From Candidatus Norongarragalinales archaeon (GTDB lineage Archaea > Micrarchaeota > Micrarchaeia > Norongarragalinales > Norongarragalinaceae), in assembly GCA_038884755.1 (NCBI GenBank), contig JAWABJ010000001.1:1-64000 (forward strand): a stretch of 64,000 nucleotides of DNA, in the 5' to 3' direction. Below are positions 57,715-64,000 of the stretch, in pieces. The position numbers and the translations under genes are program-made. The notes under the pieces are model-generated. The model did not search any database. It was given only the letters and a program-made list of their open reading frames with translations, and was not told the DNA's origin. Numbering within the stretch: the first letter of the stretch is position 1; each line of letters begins with the position of its first letter.

Positions 57715-58599
57715 ATGATGCGCTTGGTGGTTTTGGGAAGCGGAGGGTCCATGCCCACAAAAGACACTCTGCCGGCCGGGTTCGCGTTCAAGTACGGCGG
57801 GGTGTATTTATTCGATTGTCCGGAAGCAGCGCAAGTGCAGCTGTTGAGGTGCGGCGTGGGTTTTGGCGTAGATGCGATCTTCCTTTCGCACTTGCACGCA
57901 GACCATTTCCTGGGGTTGTTCGGGCTGGTGCAGAGCATGGGGCTCTTGGGGCGGAAAGAAGAGCTCAAGATTTTCGGGCCCAAGGGTACGAATGAGTTCT
58001 TGTCGAAAATCTTTTCCCTGCCGCACTTGCGCCCGGTTTTTCCTATCGCTATTAAAGACGTTTCTTCCGGCGTTTTCTTCAAAACGCCTTTGTTTTCCGT
58101 GAAGGCTTTTGCGGTTAAGCACAACTGCCCTGCGCTTGGCTACGCGCTGCAAGAGCCGTCGAAGTGGAATTTCGACGAGAAAAAAGCGAAGTTGCTGGGC
58201 GTGCGCGGGAAATTGTTTTCCGACCTGCTAGCGCGCGGGAAAGTGAAAATCGGGAGGAAGACCGTGAAGCTCGAGGACGTCGCTTGTGAGAGGCAGGGAA
58301 AGAAAATAGTTTTCACTGGAGATTCCTTGCCGTGCAGGGAAATCGTGAAAAACGCCGAGAACGCCGACTTGCTTGTGCACGATTCTTGCTTCGCTTCTGC
58401 TGAAGAGGGGGCGGCGAAGGAAAAGTTTCATTCCACTTCGCGGCAGGCTGCGCAGACGGCGTCGAAGGCGAAGGTGAAAAAACTCTTGCTTTCGCACGTG
58501 AGCAACCGTTACGAGGACCGGAGCGTGGTGCTGCGTGAGGCTAAGGAAGTTTTTCCGGACAGCGTGATGGCTAAGGAAGGCATGGAATTATTTATTTGA
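57715..58599 (+). CDS. rnz: Ribonuclease Z
   Basis: LGSGGSMP, SHLHADH, exosite, TGD, HST, SHVSNRY. Confidence 0.94.
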   Translation: MMRLVVLGSGGSMPTKDTLPAGFAFKYGGVYLFDCPEAAQVQLLRCGVGFGVDAIFLSHLHADHFLGLFGLVQSMGLLGRKEELKIFGPKGTNEFLSKIFSLPHLRPVFPIAIKDVSSGVFFKTPLFSVKAFAVKHNCPALGYALQEPSKWNFDEKKAKLLGVRGKLFSDLLARGKVKIGRKTVKLEDVACERQGKKIVFTGDSLPCREIVKNAENADLLVHDSCFASAEEGAAKEKFHSTSRQAAQTASKAKVKKLLLSHVSNRYEDRSVVLREAKEVFPDSVMAKEGMELFI

Positions 58600-58626
58600 A
58601 TCCCTTCTTTTTTCGGTGCGTTTGCA

Positions 58627-59115
58627 ATGGAACGGAATGAAATCGCTTTAGCAGCAATAGTCGTTTTGGTTGTTTTCGCCGCCGTGTTTTTTTTCCTTTC
58701 GGAAAAAAGCAAGTCGGGCGAGACGCTAGTGGAAAACAGCCTTTTGGTAAAGTCGGGCGATCCGGTGGGTGAAATCCAAAAGCGCATTCCCGAAAAGCGG
58801 GTTTTGATAGAGCAACGGCTTTTCGAGGGGAACAGCTCGAAAAACTCGGTTGTCACCATAATGTCTTCCGAAATAGCGAGGAGCCTGGCGTTGAGAAGGC
58901 TCAACGTTTCCGTATATGCCGTAGTCGAAGGCGGGGAGAACGTTTGTTTTGACACCGACTGCACCGGCGCGAGCGTGGCGGTGCAAATCGGAGAATGCAA
59001 TTGCGTGCGTTTCGACGAAACGCGCGTGATAGTGGAAGGGGACGAAAAGTTTTTGGTGGACCAGAGCGTGAGGGTGGGAAGGCTTCTTGGTTTTGCGGTT
59101 TTGAAGAGGGCGTGA
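58627..59115 (+). CDS. Membrane-anchored hypothetical protein
   Basis: N-terminal TM helix, four Cys. Confidence 0.65.
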   Translation: MERNEIALAAIVVLVVFAAVFFFLSEKSKSGETLVENSLLVKSGDPVGEIQKRIPEKRVLIEQRLFEGNSSKNSVVTIMSSEIARSLALRRLNVSVYAVVEGGENVCFDTDCTGASVAVQIGECNCVRFDETRVIVEGDEKFLVDQSVRVGRLLGFAVLKRA

Positions 59116-59119
59116 AGAT

Positions 59120-60595
59120 ATGCTCAAGGAACTGGAAAAAAGCGTGTTGTCGAAAGTCCAGGAAAAAAGGGAGGCGGTGGAACTAGCGAAGCTGTGCGGC
59201 GTTCCCTTGTCTTCGGTGATGAGCGCGGTGGAAAGCTTGCGCGAAAGGGGTTTTGTAGCGACCGAAGTTCACGCTTCGTTCGAGTATGCCTTGACCCAAG
59301 AGGGTGCGGAAAGCGCGGTCAAGGGACTGCCTGAGGAAAAGCTCGCCCAGGCGCTGTCGAAAACCAAGAGTTCTTCAATCCAGGAATTAAAGGAAGCGCT
59401 GGCTTCGAAAAGCCCTTTGGAAGGCGGGCTTTCTCCCGAAGAGTTCGGCATCGCGCTGCAGTGGGCTAAGGCGCTTTCGCTCGTTGAAATAAGGCAGGGC
59501 TCGCTTGCGTACCGCTCGCCAGTGTCGCCCCACGCTTTGCTTTTGGAAAAAATCGGCAAGGGAACCGCTCAATCCGGTCTTTCCGAAGCTGAGTTGAAGG
59601 TTTTCGGCGAGTTGGAAAAAAGAAAGCTCGCCGAGCGGAAGGTTTTGAAGAAAGTTTTCGTGCAAGCCACGCCTTCGGGCGTCAAGGCGTTGCAGGAAGA
59701 GCGCGGCGACGTGATTACGCAATTAACTCCCCAGTTGTTGAAAACGCGCGGTTGGGAGGGTAAGAAATTCGCTCCTTATGACGTTTCGTCTCTCCACTCG
59801 ACTGGATTTTTGTACGGAAAAAAACACGCTTACAAGCAACTGCTTTTGGAAATAAGGCAAAAGCTCGTGGGTATGGGTTTCGTGGAAGAACACGGGCCGT
59901 TGGTTGAATTGGAATTCTGGAACATGGACGCTTTATTCATGGCGCAAGACCATCCTGCACGCGAGATACACGACGTTTTCCAAATCGAAGACCCGGCGCG
60001 CGGGGAGATTCTCGAAAAAAAGCTTTTGGAGAGCGTGCGCTCTGCGCACGAGAAGGGTTTGGACGGAAGCAAGGGCTGGCGTTACAAGTGGGACCCTGAA
60101 ATTTCGACGAGGTTGGTGTTGAGGTCTCACACCACGCCCGTTTCCGCCCGCAATCTCTATAAAGGCGTGAAGCCGCCTCAACGGATTTTCTGTGTAGGTC
60201 GGGTTTTCCGGCCGGATGAAATCGACTGGAAGCATTTCATCGAATTCAACCAATGCGAGGGCATAGTAATGGACGAGAGCATGAGCTTCCGTGAATTGCT
60301 GGGTTATCTGAAGGAATTCGCACTCGAAGTTTTCGGGGCAAAGGAAGTGCGCTTTGCACCTTCTTATTTTCCTTTCACCGAGCCGAGCGTGGAGCTTATG
60401 GCTAAAATCCCGGGCAAAGGCTGGGCTGAAGTGGGCGGAGCGGGAATGTTCAGGCCGGAAATGCTTAAAGCGTTGGGCGTCAATGTCCCAGTGTTAGCGT
60501 GGGGCTTGGGCATCGACCGTTTGGCGATGATTAAACTTGGGTTAAAGGACATACGCGATTTGTTCACCCAGGACTTGTCGAAGTTGAGGGCGTAA
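59120..60595 (+). CDS. pheS: Phenylalanyl-tRNA synthetase alpha subunit
   Basis: WNMDALF..QDHPARE.HD, FRPD..D..H..EF.Q, YFPFTEPS, AWGLG. Confidence 0.97.
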   Translation: MLKELEKSVLSKVQEKREAVELAKLCGVPLSSVMSAVESLRERGFVATEVHASFEYALTQEGAESAVKGLPEEKLAQALSKTKSSSIQELKEALASKSPLEGGLSPEEFGIALQWAKALSLVEIRQGSLAYRSPVSPHALLLEKIGKGTAQSGLSEAELKVFGELEKRKLAERKVLKKVFVQATPSGVKALQEERGDVITQLTPQLLKTRGWEGKKFAPYDVSSLHSTGFLYGKKHAYKQLLLEIRQKLVGMGFVEEHGPLVELEFWNMDALFMAQDHPAREIHDVFQIEDPARGEILEKKLLESVRSAHEKGLDGSKGWRYKWDPEISTRLVLRSHTTPVSARNLYKGVKPPQRIFCVGRVFRPDEIDWKHFIEFNQCEGIVMDESMSFRELLGYLKEFALEVFGAKEVRFAPSYFPFTEPSVELMAKIPGKGWAEVGGAGMFRPEMLKALGVNVPVLAWGLGIDRLAMIKLGLKDIRDLFTQDLSKLRA

Positions 60596-60598
60596 AAA

Positions 60599-62209
60599 AT
60601 GGTTTCTATCCGAGTAAGCAAAAAGGGGTTGTTCAAGAGAATCGGGGCGAAGGTGAGTGAAGACAAGGTTTACGAAGCGCTGCACCAGACCAAAGTGGTT
60701 TTTGAAGGGGAAGAGCGCGGAACTGTTTCGCTGGAAATAACTGCCGACAGGCCGGACTTGCTTTCGCTGCAGGGCGTTGCGCGCGCGGTGCGCGGGTTCT
60801 TGGGTATTGAAAAGGGAATGCCCAAAATGCTTTTGCAGGAAAGCCCTTTTGTGTTGCACATAGACAAGAGCGTCGCGAAAGTGAGGCCGGTCATAGCGTG
60901 CGCGCTCGTCGAGGGTGTGAAGCTTGACGGCGCGGGTTTCGAAGAGCTGATTCAAACGCAGGAAAAGCTCACGCTCACGCACGGACGGAGGCGGAGGAAA
61001 GTCGCGATCGGAGTGCACGACGCTTCGCAAATTCGGTTTCCCTTGGTTTACAAGGCCATTCCATCTTCCTCTCCAGTCCAGTTCGTGCCGTTGAACGAAA
61101 CCAGGAAAATGACCGTCGCGCAAGTGATGCGCGAGCACGAAAAGGGAATGGAATACGGGTTTACGCTTGCAGGGCAGCCGTTTTATCCCGTGATTTTCGA
61201 CGATTACGGGGACATAATTTCCTTTCCTCCCATAATCAACTCCGCCAAGACGACTGTTTCCACTCGGACGACGAAGCTGTTGCTTGACGTTACTGGAACG
61301 GATTTCGAGGCGTGCAACGCCGCGCTCAACATTTTGTGCCAGGATTTCGCAGACGACGGCGCTCGGGTTTATTCCGTCAAAACCGGCTCGAGGTGGACGC
61401 CGGAAATTGCTCCTGAAAAAATAAGTTTAGACGCGGGGAAGGCGGGAAAGCTGCTCGGCCTGCAGTTGAGCGCAAGGCAGGCTGCCGACTGCCTGCAAAA
61501 GCAGAGGCTTGGTGCAAGGGTTTCCGGAAGCAAAATTGAAGTTTCAATTCCTAGATACCGGACGGACTTCTTGCATTGGATTGACTTGGTCGAGGAAATT
61601 GCGATTGGCTACGGCTACAACGAGTTCGAACCGAAAACGCCTGGCGTTTTCACTATAGGTCGCTTGAGCCAAGAAACGCTTTTGGAGGAAAGGCTGAGGG
61701 ATTTGATGGTCGGCGCGGGGTTCGTGGAACAGTGGACTTATATCCTCACTTCGGCTTCAAAACACCCTGCAGGGGAAATAGTGAGAATAAAAAACCCTGT
61801 TTCGAGCGATTACAACGCAATTCGTTCGTCGCTTTTGCCTTCGCTTTTCGACACTCTTTCGAAAAACACGCACGAGGCTTACCCGCAAAAAGTTTTTGAA
61901 GCCGGCGAGGTGGTGGTGAAAGATGCAAAGCATCCCAACCGCACCGTTTCCCAAAGGCGATTGGGTTGCGTTTTTGCCGGCGCCCAAGCGAACTTCAGCG
62001 AAATCGCTTCGCTTGCACTGAAGGCTGCGAGAGTGCGGTGGAACGGCGTTTCTTTCAGGAAGGCCGAACGCGAGGGTTTCATCGAGGGAAGGTGCGTTTC
62101 GCTTTGGGTGGCCGGAAAGGAAATAGGCTTTGCTGGCGAAGCACACCCGTCTGCGTTGGAAAAAATGCAGGTCGAAGTGCCGGTAGTGGCGTTCGAACTC
62201 GTGGTTTGA
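60599..62209 (+). CDS. pheT: Phenylalanyl-tRNA synthetase beta subunit
   Basis: DRPDLLS, QEKL..T.GR.R.K.AIG.HD, SFPPIINS, R.D..H..D..EE.AI.YGYN. Confidence 0.96.
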   Translation: MVSIRVSKKGLFKRIGAKVSEDKVYEALHQTKVVFEGEERGTVSLEITADRPDLLSLQGVARAVRGFLGIEKGMPKMLLQESPFVLHIDKSVAKVRPVIACALVEGVKLDGAGFEELIQTQEKLTLTHGRRRRKVAIGVHDASQIRFPLVYKAIPSSSPVQFVPLNETRKMTVAQVMREHEKGMEYGFTLAGQPFYPVIFDDYGDIISFPPIINSAKTTVSTRTTKLLLDVTGTDFEACNAALNILCQDFADDGARVYSVKTGSRWTPEIAPEKISLDAGKAGKLLGLQLSARQAADCLQKQRLGARVSGSKIEVSIPRYRTDFLHWIDLVEEIAIGYGYNEFEPKTPGVFTIGRLSQETLLEERLRDLMVGAGFVEQWTYILTSASKHPAGEIVRIKNPVSSDYNAIRSSLLPSLFDTLSKNTHEAYPQKVFEAGEVVVKDAKHPNRTVSQRRLGCVFAGAQANFSEIASLALKAARVRWNGVSFRKAEREGFIEGRCVSLWVAGKEIGFAGEAHPSALEKMQVEVPVVAFELVV

Positions 62210-62219
62210 TTTTTACGCT

Positions 62220-63722
62220 TCAAACGACGTCGATTATCACGCGCTCGACTTCGATTATTTTCACGGTTTTCAGCTGTTCCAGCGCGAAGTCGATTTTTTC
62301 TTTCCTTTCGGCGTACATTTCGAACAGGACGTCGCCCTTGTCCACGTGCTCTCCCTTGGAAACCATGAAAATCATTCCGGCTTTCTTGTCTTTCGGCGCG
62401 CCAAGCGCCCTGCAGACGCGCGATATCGCGCGGTTGTCTATGTGTTCGACGCGCCCTTCTTCGCCAGCCTTCACTATGTGCTTGTACTTTCCGGGCTTGA
62501 GGCTTTCCGGCGTCACGTTGGGGTCTCCCCCTTGCGCTTGCAGGATTTGCCTGAATTTTTCAAGCGCTTTTCCGCTCAACACCTGCCTTTTCGCGAGCTT
62601 GTAGCCTTCTTCCCTGCTTATTCCCTTCACCATGCTCAGCAGTATCCCGCTCATCGAACAGGCTTTTTCGAGCAGCGCGTGGTTGTGCTGGTTTGAAAGC
62701 GTTTCCAAAACCGTGCGGGCTTCGAGCACCGGGCCTATGGTTTCGACCAGCGGCCCGCTTCCGTCGGTGATGGTGCTTTCGACTTTCATTCCCAACAGCG
62801 AACCTATTGCGGAAAAGTCCGCCGCAAGTTCCTTCGCCGCTTTCACGTCGTTCAGCTTCGCCCCTTTTCCGACGGGCAGGTCTATCAAGACGAATTTCGC
62901 GCCTTCCGCCTTTTTTTTGGCGAGAATGCTCGACAGCAAGAGCGGCTTGGGGTCGAGGCGGAGGGGATTGCGTATTTTGATGAGCTTGTCGTCGGCCGAA
63001 GCCATGTTCAGCGCTCCTCCCCAAACGAGGCAGCCGCCGGTTTTTTTCACTACTTGGCCGACTTTTTTTATGGGCAGGGCGACCGGCGCCAAGACTTCCA
63101 TGACGTCGGCTGTTCCCGCGGCTGAGGATATCGCGCGAGAGCAGGTTTTCGGTATGACGAAGCCGAGCGAAGCCATTATCGGCACGAGAATCATGGAAAC
63201 CCTGTCGCCCGCAACGCCGCCTATGCTGTGTTCGGAAACCACCTTTCCGCTTTTGAAGTGCAGCTGCTCGCCGGACGAGTAAATCGCTTTGGTGAGTGCG
63301 ACGGTCTCGTCGGTGTTCAGCCCGCGCGTGTAGATGCCCGCGATGAAAGCCGCAAGTTCCGCTTGGCTCAGGCTTTCGGAATTCAAGTCGCGTATTATCG
63401 AGGCGATTTCCCACTCGCTTAGGATTCCGCCGTCGAGCTTTTTCCTGATCAAGTCCAGGCTGGACGGCCTTTGTATGACTTCGACCTTTATCCTGTCGCC
63501 GTTTTTCGCCTTGAGGGCGTCGGCAACTTCCCTGAAAACCCCGATAGTGCCTTGCGGGACGCAGCCCACGCAAACGTCCACCATCGCGGTTATGCTCTTG
63601 CTTCTTAGAGTGATTTTAACTCTGTCCATTATTCCCAAGTCCATTTGCTTGGCCTGGTCTTCGCTCAAGACGATTTCGTTCTGCCCTTGTTCGATGTCGA
63701 AAACCGCGGCTTTAAGTTCCAT
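62220..63722 (-). CDS. AMP phosphorylase (thymidine phosphorylase family)
   Basis: N-terminal double-psi domain, HSIGGV.G, KT.SRAI.S.AGTAD, SILAKK. Confidence 0.92.
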   Translation of the reverse strand: MELKAAVFDIEQGQNEIVLSEDQAKQMDLGIMDRVKITLRSKSITAMVDVCVGCVPQGTIGVFREVADALKAKNGDRIKVEVIQRPSSLDLIRKKLDGGILSEWEIASIIRDLNSESLSQAELAAFIAGIYTRGLNTDETVALTKAIYSSGEQLHFKSGKVVSEHSIGGVAGDRVSMILVPIMASLGFVIPKTCSRAISSAAGTADVMEVLAPVALPIKKVGQVVKKTGGCLVWGGALNMASADDKLIKIRNPLRLDPKPLLLSSILAKKKAEGAKFVLIDLPVGKGAKLNDVKAAKELAADFSAIGSLLGMKVESTITDGSGPLVETIGPVLEARTVLETLSNQHNHALLEKACSMSGILLSMVKGISREEGYKLAKRQVLSGKALEKFRQILQAQGGDPNVTPESLKPGKYKHIVKAGEEGRVEHIDNRAISRVCRALGAPKDKKAGMIFMVSKGEHVDKGDVLFEMYAERKEKIDFALEQLKTVKIIEVERVIIDVV

Positions 63723-63885
63723 GCTGTTCGCTCTCCAAAGCAAATGCTTTTTATTCGCTATGCAAATATAATTGTGTTCGTTAAACCCCCCACTGGAGGG
63801 CAGGCTCGCAAGAGCAGGGGGTTTTAAAGCGTGCAGGGCAATTTGTTTTTCGTAAACACGCGTTTTTGCAAGAGGGTGTTTTTGC

Positions 63886-64000
63886 ATGGCAAGGCCAGAT
63901 TTTGACAAGATGTTCGGAAACAGGAGTTCGGTCGAGCTTCCGGGTACCGGCAAGCCTTTGACCAAGGAAGACGAGGAGTTGATGCAATTCCTGTCAGAAA
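63886..64000 (+). CDS. Start of a hypothetical protein running off the window
   Basis: MARPDFDKMFGNRSSVELPGTGKPLTKEDEELMQFLSE, open to the end; SD-like GAGGGTG. Confidence 0.5.
   Translation, partial: MARPDFDKMFGNRSSVELPGTGKPLTKEDEELMQFLSE

Noticed and set aside
63723..63965. N-terminal extension of AMP phosphorylase
   Set aside because: Family-like sequence starts at MELKAA; the extension overlaps a divergent gene start

Overview
Gene-dense archaeal chromosomal segment, most likely a DPANN lineage such as Micrarchaeota (inferred from GatDE, LonB, AMP phosphorylase, several shortened proteins and gene order). It contains housekeeping genes (thrS, pheST, alaXM, the rnp4-S19e-L39e-L31e-eIF6-pfdA-ftsY string, elp3, gatDE, pelA, topA, mtaB, rfcS, lonB, rnz) and a large type IV pilus locus with about 10 prepilins, including micro-pilins that the ORF track missed. 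A roughly 16 kb copper/iron/thiol-redox cluster (29.2-45.1 kb) surrounds a BlaI/CopY repressor and BlaR1-like protease pair. It carries four copies of a TTTACA-N5-TGTAAA operator-like palindrome and two paralogous membrane-anchored proteins that end in MVGGC. There is also an unannotated tRNA-Ile with the rare UAU anticodon and two introns, and a membrane protein fused to a pyruvoyl decarboxylase whose gene overlaps deoxyhypusine synthase. No rRNA, CRISPR array, IS element or integrase was seen. All calls come from reading motifs by eye; no database search was run.
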